The notes under the pieces: generated by a model
The model's database searches: none
Seen by the model: the letters and a program-made list of their open reading frames with translations, nothing else
What the model was told of the DNA's origin: nothing
Position numbers and translations under genes: made by a program
Assembly: GCF_009914755.1 (NCBI RefSeq)
Contig: NC_060934.1
DNA: 64,000 bases
Direction: 5' to 3' (one strand)
Source: the human T2T-CHM13v2.0 reference genome, Homo sapiens
In this document: one piece after another, positions 13,723-25,494 of the stretch
Numbering within the stretch: the stretch's first letter is position 1
Layout: each line of letters begins with the position of its first letter

Positions 13723-14083
13723 TAATATGGTCTGGCTGTGTCCCCATGTAAATCTCATCTTGAATTGTAGTTTCCATAATTCCTATGTATTAGTATTATG
13801 GGAGGGACCCAGTGGGAGATAATTAAATCATGGGGGTGGTTTTCCCCATACTGTTCTCATGGTAGTGAATAAGTCTCACAAGATCTGATGGTTTTATAAG
13901 GGGTTTCCCCTTTCTGTTGGCTCTCATTTCTCTCTTTCCTGTTGCCATGTAAGATGTCCCTTGCTCTTGATTGTGAGGCCTCCCCAGCCATGGGGAACTG
14001 TGAGTCCATTAAACCTCTTTTTCTTTATAAATTATACAATCTCAGGTATGTCTTTATCAGCAGCATGAAAACAGACTAATACA
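13723..14083 (+). mobile_element. MaLR solo LTR, THE1 (THE1C-like)
   Basis: T(A)ATATGGTCTGGCTGTGTCCCC...ACAGACTAATACA with a perfect 5-bp TSD GTCTC. Confidence 0.92.
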
Positions 14084-14405
14084 GTCTCCTTCTTAAGACA
14101 TTGATTAAAGTGATTTGGTGCCACTTTTTTTCTACCATTCCCCTTTTCCTTGGCTTGAAAGGAGTCCTTTGGGGAAAGGGTGAACAAGGGAGTCTGCTGT
14201 CCAGCTCTCCCCTAACCATAGGTGGCAGTTTTGAAAATGTGGATGGCACAGTCTCCTGCTGACCCATCTTGAAACCGAAACTATCATCTATCTCCTTTCT
14301 ACACTCCATGGCTTCTTCCCAGTACAGATAAAAAGGTAAGACGGACCACTTCATTCTAATTAATTAGGAAGAGACTAATCATAGATACATACTTTGATAT
14401 AATTA

Positions 14406-14736
14406 CAGTTGCCCGCCCGACTGTGGTTTTGCACTCCAAAGCTTCCCCATGGTCAACTTCAGTGCAAGAATACTACATATAGTAACATACGTTGAGAGCG
14501 AGACAGAGATCACATGCACTTGACTTTTGTTACAGTATGTTGCTATAATTGTTCTATTTTATTAGTAGTTATTGTTGTTTTTCTCTTACTGTGCCTAATT
14601 TATACATTAAACTTTATCATAGGTATGCATATATAGGAAAAATCACAGTATATATAGGGTTCAGTACTATCTGTGGTTTCAGGCATTCACTGGGGGGTCT
14701 TGGAATGTATCCTCCATGGATAAGGTGAGACAACTG
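14406..14736. mobile_element. MER44A-like (Tigger7-derived) DNA transposon
   Basis: Termini CAGTTG...CAACTG flanked by TA, with a MER44 body (ctcttactgtgcctaatttata...ggtttcaggcattcactgggggtcttggaa). Confidence 0.8.
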
Positions 14737-14751
14737 TATTTTAAAAACATG

Positions 14752-15136
14752 TGTTATGAGCTGAATTGGGCCCCAATCCCCAAAATCAGATGTTGCCATC
14801 CTAACTTCAGAATGGGATTGTATTTGGAAATAGAATCTTTAAAGAGGTAAAGTTAAAAGGAGGTCATAGATGTGGGCCCTAATCTAATACAAATTGTGTG
14901 CTTATAAAAAGAGGAGATTGGGACACAGCCACACACAGAGGGAAGACCATGTGAAGACACGCAAGAGAAAAGACAGCCATCTAGAAGCCAAAGAGAGAGG
15001 CCTTAGAAGAAACCAACCTTGCCAAACACCCTGATCTCAGGCTTCAAACTTCCAGCACAGTGAGAAAATAAATTTCTGTTGTTTAAGCCACGCAGTCTGT
15101 GGCACTTTGTTATGGCAGCCCCCGGGAAGTAATGCA
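14752..15136 (+). mobile_element. MaLR solo LTR, MLT1B-like
   Basis: TGTTATGAGCTGAATTG...ttgttatggcagccc...AATGCA with a perfect TSD ACATG. Confidence 0.88.
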
Positions 15137-15825
15137 ACATGGAATCATAAGAGTCATGGATTTTGTTTCATGTCCTTTAAATGCCCTGAGCACAGCTAAA
15201 AGCCCCCACAGAGGGGCTCCAGAAAGTCTCTAGGCTGTCTGACTTCTTTGCACCTTAACCTGGTTTCTCTGACCCATCCTTTATTTCTGCTTGGTGAGGG
15301 TATTGTGAATTGGTCATTTGGTTTTAGAGTGTTTCCTCCAGTCACACCTTGAATTCCTGTACACGCCTTCCTCTGCTTTTATGCTGTTGCTGTTGTATCC
15401 TGCACCCCAAGCTCCAGGAAGCGATCCTGACCAAGTTTCTACTAATCTAGCTCTTCCTGAAAGAGGAAATGGACTGGAAATTTCGAGAGCTGCACACAGC
15501 TTAGAAGACCCAAGTTACTAACTAGGGAATCATAATATTGATTTTATTCTGATCCCCTACCTAAAAATTTAGCAAATACATCTTATTGGACAGCCTGGTG
15601 CTTCCTAGATTTAAGGCATCTGACTATAATGTATTGACCAAATTTAATTAAGGGAAAGAAAAAAATTAGTAAATATATAGATTTGAAAGGTTTGAAATGA
15701 TAGTGGCACAATGTCCTGCTGACCCCTGACCCATCTTGAAACTGAAACTACCATCTGCTTCCTTTCTCTATTCCTTAGTGTCTTTCAATTCTGCACAAAT
15801 GTCTTGTCCCTTCCTGACCCTCTGG

Positions 15826-15826
<1 letters not shown>

Positions 15827-15870
<44 letters not shown>
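15827..15870. repeat. (AGAT)11 tetranucleotide STR
   Basis: Perfect 44-bp run. Confidence 0.98.
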
Positions 15871-15871
<1 letters not shown>

Positions 15872-16725
15872 TTATAAATAATATGTAAATAAATATATAA
15901 ATATATGTATTTCAGAAAAGAACATCATTGTAAGTGACAATTCCCATTGTCCCCCAGGAATCCTTTATGTGACTCTTTGGGGCCTACATTCTGTCTTCCC
16001 AGGCACACTGCCGATCAAATCATCCCTGATGATTGTCTCATGGCACCGTCGTGCTTCTGCCGTCTTGTTCCTGCACCACCACAGACACTCAGGAGCTCTC
16101 AAGGGGCCTGGACTGTATAGTGTTCTGTGGCACAACAGGCACCTCAATCTCATGCAAGTACAGTTAAAGAGCATCAGATCTGCGCTGCCCTCATGGAAAT
16201 GCTCAGCTTCTGGTACAACAGCTGTTTAATTGCTTCACATACAGCCCCCTCTCCTGTCCTTGGATTCAGTCAAGGTGCAGGGACACATTTGAGTGACAGG
16301 TTCTGCTCTGTGCTCCATAGTGATGACTAAGGCTTTGTTTCTGGGTCAAGCTTGTCACGACTCATTTTTCCCTTAGGAGAAGCTCTCTACTAGCATATTT
16401 CTCAGTGCCTCATGCAAAGAGGCTTCTGGTAAGCTGTCCTGCTGGCTTTCCAATATGCCCGGGAGAGCTGAATAGTCACTTCTAGGACACGCCAGGGACT
16501 TCCTGCCTCTAGTAACTCTCTCCAAGACTTCCCTTAAATATGTTTATAGGGTGGGAGTTATAGACAAAAAGTAGAGAAGATACCATTGCTTCTTGAGGGA
16601 GAAGTTCAAATGCTGGCTTTATTTTCTCTGGATATTCTACTTTGCTCTTGTCCCTATTGTCTGGTCTGAGTTAGGATATTCAACCTTTGACTTATTATCA
16701 CAGATGGTTCTAGTGCCCTTACTTG

Positions 16726-17588
16726 TGTAAACCAAAAAGTATCTGAGACAGGTCTAAATCAATTTAGAGGTCTCTTTTCCCAAGGTTAAGGGCCATGGCC
16801 CATGGCACAGCCTGAGGAGGTCCTGAGAGCATGTGTCTAAGGTGGTTGAGTTACAGCATGGTTTCATACATTTTAAGGAGACAGAAGTTACAGGCAAAGA
16901 CATAAATCAATACACGGAAGTTATACATTGGTTCAGCCCAGAAGGGCAGGACATCTTGAAGGGAGGTAGGGGACATCTTTCAGGTCATAGGTAGATTCAA
17001 AGATTTCCTAATTGGCAATTGGTCAAAAGAGTTAAGCTCTGCCTAAAGAGTTGAATTTGGGAAAAAAAAAAAAAAAAGGCTTGAGTAATTTAGATAAGGG
17101 TGACTGTGGAAGACTCTAGGTAGCAGGCTTCAGGGAAAATAGATGGGAAATATCTCTTATCAGACTCTAAAAAATTTCAGACTCCCCAGAAAAGACCTAG
17201 TAAGGGAAGGATATTCTCTACAGAACAGACATTTCCCCCATAAGAGATGTTTTTGCAGAGCCCTTTCAAAGTATGTCAAAGAAATACATTTTGAGGGTAA
17301 ATATTTTGCCTGCTATCTGTCATATGATGCTATACCAGAGTCAGATTGGAATTTGGTGTCCTATTGTTACAAAAAGTCTGTTTTGTTAGTCTTAAGATCT
17401 CTGTTTTGATTCTAATGTTGGTCAGTTGTTCCTGAACTCCAAAGGGCAGAGGCCAGAATGAGGCATGTTTTGCTCCTCCTTCCTGTCATGGCCTGAACCA
17501 GTTTTTCAGGTTTCTTTGGGGTCCTCTTGGTCAAGAGGGGGCCCATTTATTCTGTTGAGGAGGCCTAGAATTTTATTTTAGTTTCACG
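16726..17588 (-). mobile_element. ERV1 solo LTR, MER4 (MER4B/D-like)
   Basis: TGTAAACCAAAAAGTATCTGAGACAGGTC at the left end (reversed MER4 3' end) and AGAATTTTATTTTAGTTTCAC at the right. TSD CTTG. Confidence 0.85.
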
Positions 17589-17921
17589 CTTGTTTACTAG
17601 AGAGTGATGACGATACATCCAAAATCTGTCACCGAAGATCTTTGTCTTTGTAGATTTCCTGTCAGCCTAGTCTTTGTTGGAAGATCAGCACTCTGTTCTG
17701 GCTGGCTCCTGAATTTACTCAGTGCACCTCCTCCCTTGATCATGGGAGGAGTTTGAGAGCTTTTTCAGTAAAAATAATAGTTTCTTTCTGTGTGGAGTCC
17801 AGATGAAAGATAAACACTCATGGATGTTTTAGTTTAAAAAATCCCATGTCTAATTTGATGTGGAAATGGATTTTTTAAAATGATGTATATGATGACATTA
17901 TATTTTGGACTGGAGAGACAG

Positions 17922-20221
17922 TGATATGGTTTGGCTGTGTTCCCACCCAAATCTCATCTTGAATTATAGCTCCCATAATCCCCATGTGTCATGGGAGGGA
18001 CCCCGTGGGAGGTAATTGAATCATGGGAGCGAGTTTTTCCTGTGCTGTTCTCATGATATTGAGTAAGTCTCATGAGATCTGATAGTTTTAGAAAGGGCAG
18101 TTTCGCTACATATACTCTCTTGTTTGCTCCCATGTAAGATGTACCTTTGCTCCTCCTTCACCTTCTGCCATGATTGGGAGGCCTCCCCAGCCATGTAGAA
18201 CTAACTGTGAGTCCATTAAATCTCTTTTTCTTTATAAACTACCTAGTCTCAGCTATGTCTTTATTAGCAGCGTGAGAATGGACTAATGCAGTAAATTGGT
18301 ACTGGTAGAATGGTGTGCTGGTATAAGGATACCCAAAAACATGGAAGCAGCTTTGGAACTGTGTAAGGGCAAAGATTGGAACAGTCTGGAGGGCTCAGAA
18401 GAAGACAGGAAGATGTGGGAAAGTTTGGAACTTCCTAGAGACTTGGAGAGTTCAGAAGACAGGAAGATGTAGGAAAGTTTGGAATTCCTGGAGACTTGTT
18501 GAATGGCTTTGACCAAAATGCTGATAGTGATATGGACAATAAAGTCCAGGTTGAGGAAGTCTCAGATGGAGATGAGGAACCTGTTGGAAACAGCAGTAAA
18601 GGTTACTCTTGCTATGCAAAGAGACTAGTGGCATTTTGCCTTTGCCCCAGAGATCTGTGGAACTTTGAACTTGAGAGAGATGATTTAGGGTAGCCAACAG
18701 AAGAGATTTCTAAGCAGCAAAGCATTGAAGAGAAAGCAGAGCACAAAAGTTTGGAAAATTGGCAGCCTGATGATGTGATAGAAAAGAAAACCCCATTTTC
18801 TGGGAAAAATTCAAGCAGGCTGCAGAAATTTGCATAAGTAACAAGCTGCAGAATGTTAATCACCAAGACAATCACAGAAATGTCTTCAGGGCATGTCACA
18901 GACCTTCACAGCATCTCCTTTCATCACAGGTTCATAGGCCTAGGAGGAAAAAATGGTTACTTGGGCCAGGGCCTCGCTGCTGTATGCAGCCTTAGGACTT
19001 GGTGCCCTGTGTCCCAGCCACTGCAGCCATGGCTAAAAGGGGCCAACATGCAGCTCAGGCCATTGCTTCAGAGGGTGCGAGCCCTAAGCCTTTGCGGCTT
19101 ACACATGGTGCTGGGCCTGTAGGTGCACAGAAGTCAAGAATTGAGGTTTGGGAACCTCTGCCTAGATTTCAGATGATGTATGGAAATGCCTGGATGTCCA
19201 GGCAGAAGTGTGCTGCGGGGCAAAGTCCTCACAGAGAACCTCTGCTAGGGAAGTGCAGAAAGGAAATGTGGGGTGGGAGCCCCCACACAGAGTCATCACT
19301 GGGGCACTGCCTAGTGGAGCTGTGAGAAAAGAGCCACCATCCTCCAGACCCCAGAATGGTAGATCCACTGACAGCTTGCACTATGCACATGGAAAAGCAA
19401 CAGACACTCAACACCAGCCCATGAAAGCAGCCAGGAGTGGGGGCTGTACCCTGCAAGGCCACAGGGGCAGGGCTGCCCAAGACCATGGGAACCCACCTCT
19501 TACATCAGCATGACCTGGATGTGAGACATGAAGTCAAAGGATATTATTTTGGGGCTTCACGATTTGACTGCCCTGCCAGATTTAGGACTTGCTTGGGGCT
19601 TGTAGCTCCCTCATTTTGGTCAGATTCTCCCATTTGGAACAGATATATTCCTGTATCCTCATTGTATCTAGGAAGTAACTAACTTGGTTTTCATTTTACA
19701 GGCCCATAGATGGAAAGGTCTTGCCTTGTCTCAGACGTGACTTAGGACTGTGGACTTTTGAGTTAATGCTGAAATGAGTTAAGACTTTGAGGGACTGTTG
19801 GGAAGGCATGATTGGTTTTGAAATGTGAAGATATGAGGTTTGGGAGGGGCCAGGGTTGGAATGATATGATTTGGCTGTGTCCCCACCCAAATATCATCTT
19901 GAAATTTTAGCTCCTATAATCCCCACATATCGTGGAAGGGACCTGATGGGAGGTAATTGAATCATGGATTTTTCCCATGCTATTTTTGTGATAGCAAATA
20001 AGTCTCATGAGATCTGATGGTTTTATAAATGGGAGTTACCCTGCACACAGTTTCTTGCCTGCTGCCATGTAAGATGTACCTTTGCTCCTCCTTCACCTTC
20101 TGCCATGGCTGTGAAGCCTCCCCAGCCATGTGGAACTGTGAATCCATTAAATCTCTTTTTCCTTATAAATTTCCCAGTCTTGGGTATGTCTTTATCAGCA
20201 GTGTGAGAACAGACTAACACA
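17922..20221 (+). mobile_element. Full-length THE1 MaLR element (THE1B/C-like): 5'LTR 17922-18290, internal 18291-19861, 3'LTR 19862-20221
   Basis: Two TGATATG...ACTAA..CA LTRs. The internal region starts GTAAATTGGTAC and ends in a polypurine tract. Perfect TSD GACAG. The internal ORF is broken. Confidence 0.95.
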
Positions 20222-21024
20222 GACAGTAATGTTGTACAGGATTGTTCAAGTGTTTGTCATCACTGAATCCTTCAAATATGTAACTTGGGATCATCTGCTG
20301 ACCAGAAATGACTTTGTTCAATACAATATTCCTTGAGATAACGATGTTTTCTATTTTTTACTGGTATGTAAATGTGAAATGCTGCTGCTATTAAAACAAT
20401 AGTTTAGAGCTAATGTGTAATGAAGTTTTTGTTTGTTTGTTGGCTAATTTTTCCATATGGAAAATCATATGTAAATATAGCTTTCTAAAAGATTTAGCAA
20501 AAGTGGAAAGCAAGAGAGGTAGAAAAGAGTTGATTCCATGAATGTGAAACAATGGCCCTTGATTTTTCACTGTGCTGTCATCCCATCCAGATGTGCATGT
20601 GACGTGGTGTTGGAGAATGCTCAGGGGACAGACCCAGGAGCTGCTGCCCAAGGATTCTTTGACAGAATCCCAATCCGGGATTCTTTGGAGGCTTTTTCTC
20701 TGCAGTATACAAATAACCCTGAGTATTGAGCCCTTCCTGAGATCAAAGTTAAACATGAGAGCTAAAGGTAGAGCTAGAGGACATAGGGAAATGCAAACCC
20801 AGTAAAGCTCTGGGGAAAGAGGCTCGCCTATGCACTCTGCAGAACCTCTACCTCCAGCTTCAATGTCTGCACCCAAGAAATACCGTGTACAAGTCTTCAC
20901 ACATGAGTGCAAATAACATACTGATGGCTGAAAACAATAAAATGAACAAGAAAAAAATTCTCACTAATTCAAACTGTCTGCATTCTATCTCTGTGGTTAT
21001 TCTAAGCTCACCTCCATAACTTTA

Positions 21025-21185
21025 TGTATTTATGTATTTAAGAGATGGAGTTTCACTCTGTCACCAAGGCTGGAGTGCAGTCGTGCAATCACAGCTCACT
21101 GCAGCCTTGAACTCTGGGCTCAAGGGATTCTTCTTCCTCAGCCTCTTGAGCTGGGACTACAGGCAAGCCACAATGCCCAGCCACC
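21025..21185 (-). mobile_element. Alu right monomer (FRAM/AluJ-like)
   Basis: gagatggagtttcactctgtcaccaaggctggagtgcag...ctgggactacagg. Confidence 0.8.
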
Positions 21186-21224
21186 TACCTCAGTTTTAAA
21201 TTCTCATTCTTCCATTTGCAATTC

Positions 21225-21551
<327 letters not shown>

Positions 21552-22544
21552 TGAAAAGAAATCGCTGCATGAGAGTGTGTGTGTGTGCAATTTTTACAGA
21601 TTCCTCCAAAAATAAATTGTGCAAGTACATTATATTTTTCAGTAGCCTATGTCAATTATGGTTTCATTTAAACTGAATATGTTCTAAATTCTTGTCCACA
21701 TAATCTGCCCTCCCATTTTATATGGGACAAGGATCACATCATTTCCAACTACCATGTCTTTCTATCACAGGCTGCTGTGCTATGGCTGATGCTGCAGTTC
21801 CAGAGCAGGCTCCCTGCTGTGATTCTACTCATGAGATGTTTCCCAGCAGAGGAACTAGCGACAGTGCAAGAGGGGACCCCCATTTCGTGTTTCTGTGAAG
21901 GCTGCAGAACCAGGCTTTGTAGTGGATGCCAGCTCATTTCCAAGCTAGATGTCCAATCTACTAGCTAGATGTCAAAGGTCATGATGAATCTTTGATGCAT
22001 GACAGAGTCTGATAGTGGAAGCTTTGTAAAAGCAAATCTTCCTGGGTGTCAAAGGAATTTAAGTCTGGCAATGTGGCAAAGTTTCCCAACATTCCAAACA
22101 GTGGCAGCATGTTTCCAAAAACAGGTAGCACAATCTTCTTTTTACAACAAAAATGAAAGTTATAGTAGGATGTAAATGTATTTAAACAGCAGAGGCTGTA
22201 GAAGACAGCATATAAGGGAGCAGTGGTCTATTACCCTTAACATTGAGAGGTGGCCTCGTACAATGGTTAAACAAGTCCTAGGTTTGAATCTTCGCTCAAC
22301 TCTGCAAATTGCATAATCTCTCTGAGCTTTAAATGTTATTTCAAGATGTCTCTTCATGTAAAATTCCTAGGATGCTGCTTGGCACATGGTAATAAAAGAC
22401 CCTAATGGAGGGTAACTGGTATATAACAGACTTTCAGGTTTATTTCTCTTAAAATTAGGAGCAAAACTTTATGGTAAATGACAAAAACAAGCTGCTAACT
22501 GATAAATAAAACTGTAATTGGGACTTTATATTAAAAGAAAATTC

Positions 22545-22830
22545 AGACACAGTGGCTCACACCTGTAATCCCAGCACTTTGGGAAGTTGAGGTGGAAGGA
22601 TTGCTTTAGCCTAGGAGTTTGAGACCAGCCTGGGCTATAAATATACATACACATATATGTATAAATACATGTACACACATACATTTACATATTTATATGT
22701 AAATATATACATTTGCATATTTGCATATGTATGTTATTTAACTTTATATGTACATATATGTAAATATATGTGTAAATATGTAATATATGTATATATAAAG
22801 TAAAATGATATACATATATAAATAAAATGA
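22545..22830 (+). mobile_element. Alu left-arm fragment followed by TA-rich low-complexity sequence
   Basis: cacagtggctcacacctgtaatcccagcac...gagaccagcctggg, then (TA/CATA)n-like sequence at 22640-22830. Confidence 0.8.
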
Positions 22831-22964
22831 AGTAAAATAATACAAATAAATGTAGTTTATAGCTAATTGGACTTAGATTATAATTGCTTACAAATTCCTG
22901 CTCCAGTCCTCTCTGTAGGTGGCTGAACCCTGGGCACAGGGAGCAGACATAAGCAGCAAACTGT

Positions 22965-23352
22965 CAGTGTTGTTTTGTCTCAGAAAATAAGGAAACCCAA
23001 TGAGAAGGAGAAAGATGGGGGAACAGCTGGTTGGTAGAGCAGTCAGAACACACACAACATTTATTGATTAAGTTTGCTGTCTTATGTGGGCAAACCCCAA
23101 AACAACTGCGACAGTAACATCAAAGGAAACTGATTATACATGACCATAAGAGGCATAATAATAATGAAAAAGCTTGAAATATCTTGAGAATTACCAAAAT
23201 GTGACACAGAGACAAGATGTGAGCACATGCTGTTGAAAATATGGTGCCAATAGACTTGCTTGACACTGGGTTGCCACAAACCTTCAATTTGTAATAAATG
23301 CAACCTCTGCAAAGTACAGAAAAGCAAAGCACAATAAACTGATGCATTCCTG
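22965..23352 (-). mobile_element. Tigger1 5' terminal fragment
   Basis: The reverse complement matches the Tigger1 left end (CAGG...TTTATTG...ACAAATTGAAGGTTTGTGGCAACCC...GTCTCTGTGTCACATTTTGGTAATTCTC) and is flanked by TA. Confidence 0.85.
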
Positions 23353-24676
23353 TACTTATGGGTAATTGTATTTTCAGAAAATCGGCCTTTTGAAAAGAAA
23401 ATGTTTTAAATGAAATATTTTGCAAGAATTATAGAGCCCAACAGTGGCTTCAGAATATCTTACTACTGTAGTTTAAAAATAACTCCCTTTCCTTTCAATT
23501 TGGTAAGCGTGTGACTTACAAACCTGTCACTCAAAAAAACTAAGAATTGAGCTAAAACTCTATTCTTCACTCAATAATGAGAATGCAGCACTTACATGTA
23601 TTTTCTTCCTGAATATTCCTTGACACTGTATGTCTGGGATGTGCACGTATGTGTTATGCAATGTCTTTTGCCCTAATGGCATATTAGCAGGAAGCAACCA
23701 TACCTGCCACCAAGCAAGTCTCCTATTTCTGGTATAAGTATGAGGTCTTGGAGAAGAAAATGTTGTGCCCTTCTATTCCAGAAGCAAAAAACAAGGAAAT
23801 GATGCAGAAGTCTCTTGGGGAGAGTATCTGCCAAGTTTCCATTTTATTTCTTGGTATGTAAACAAACATTCGGTGTTCCCTCTATATAAAATAAGAAAAC
23901 CATGGTATATAATGATGTTTCCTGTTTATATTGTGACTGTCAGAATGGTTTTATAAATGCTCTTTTATTGGGTCTTCACAATAAAAGAAAAAAGCAAAAA
24001 AAAATGTTAGGACTGGATTTATTCTTTTCATTTTTCAAACAAAGAAACAGAATTTGTGTACCCATGATCAACAATAAGTGCTAAACCCAGAGTGAAACCT
24101 GAGTCTGGAAATTGCATGATTTTTTCCCAATTTATCTGTGGTATACTAAAAAGATTAAAGGATTTAGAATCCAAACAACTGCATTTGAAACTTGGTTCCA
24201 TCAAGAGCTCCCCATAAGACTGTTAGAAGGAAAAAAAAAATGTACAAGAAAGCACTTAACTATAAATCACTGAAATGGCAGTTATTAAGTTCTTCTATCA
24301 CGCTCTTCAAAATGTAACAGATAAATATTAACTACTTGAAGGCAAGAGCCGTTTCATCTACTTCGTTTCTGTTCATCACAGAAACTAACACAGTGCTGAA
24401 GACACGAGTCATATTAATAAGAGATAAATAAATATATGCTGTTTGAGAACAATTATGGGGTTACTAAGGTGCCAAAACATTTTAAAGAAAAATATGAATA
24501 AAACCTAAAGAAAAGGGAAAAGAAAATGAGACATTGAGAGTTGTGCAAGGTGAATTGCTAACGGAAAATGGCCTCTGATCAGATGCATTTTGCTTTGCTC
24601 AGTTGCTCATGCATTGCTAGCAGTGGTATCAAATGTATTTGAGTCAGGCAACTGTCAGCACAAAAATGGTTTTGCA

Positions 24677-24840
24677 TGCACCTGTAGTCCCAGCTACTAG
24701 GGAGGTTGAGGTGGGAGGATCGCTTGAGCCTCGGAGGTTGAGCCTGCAGTGAGCTATGATCCTGCTACTGCCCTCCAGCCTAGGCAACAGAGCCAGACCC
24801 TGTCTTGAAAAAAAAAAAGAGAAAAGAAAGAAAAGAAAAA
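24677..24840 (+). mobile_element. Alu right monomer (FRAM/AluJ)
   Basis: cacctgtagtcccagctact...gcagtgagctatgat...ccagcctaggcaacagag, followed by an A-rich tail. Confidence 0.85.
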
Positions 24841-25015
24841 CGGTTTAGAAAAAAGTAAGCTATAGTATCCTGGATCAAGGTGCCAAGTGCAGTAGTTTCT
24901 TATATTTACTTCCAGAAAGACTCAGATGTCAGATATTAAATGTGCAAAGTGTTTAAGAACCTGGAAGACAGTTTTCAATCGCAGAAGTGGAAGAAATAAT
25001 ATGTCACCTCAGACA

Positions 25016-25494
25016 TAACAGAACAGGAGCATCACCACCTTGGACAAGCACGGCCATTTTAAAGTTACCCTTGATCAAAAACCGCCTAAATCCAAAGGGC
25101 ATCAGCCTAATGGTTAAGGCCAGCATGACCATAAACCACAAATGACATCTCCAACCAGAAACATTCCAACCCTAAAATAAACCCCTCCCCGACCAGAGAC
25201 ATACCCACCCTGAGATAACCTCCCTTCTGGCCAGAGAGATGTCAGCCTCAAGATAACCTCCCCTCCAAACAGAGACATTCCAACCCCGCAATAAATTTCT
25301 CCCCCACACAGAAACATTCCAAGCCTGTGATGAGCTCTCTCACCCTAAAACCCTTAACTACTCTTGTCTGTAAGAGACAGCACACCTAACTGAAACTGGC
25401 CAGAAGCCCCTCTCAGGTTTATTCTCCAAAATAAACCTGTCTTTGACTGTTGAGCTGTTTTTTGTGTTTCCCTCTTTTTTCTTTAACTCTTACA
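25016..25494 (+). mobile_element. ERV1 solo LTR, LTR19-like
   Basis: T(A)ACAGAACAGGAGCATCACCACCTTGGACAAGC...AATAAACCTGTCTTTGACTG...AACTCTTACA. Perfect TSD AGACA; internal ~35-bp U3 repeats. Confidence 0.75.

Noticed and set aside
18387-18497. ~57-bp tandem duplication in the THE1 internal region
   Set aside because: It is real, but as I recall it is common among THE1-int copies, so it is not locus-specific.
13979-20130. PRDM9 hotspot motif in THE1 LTRs
   Set aside because: All three LTRs carry CCTCCCCAGCCAT, not the hotspot-associated CCTCCCT..CCAC variant.
18283-20220. Dense cluster of ORFs
   Set aside because: All lie in the THE1 internal region or LTRs and are fragments of the degenerate MaLR ORF or its antisense.
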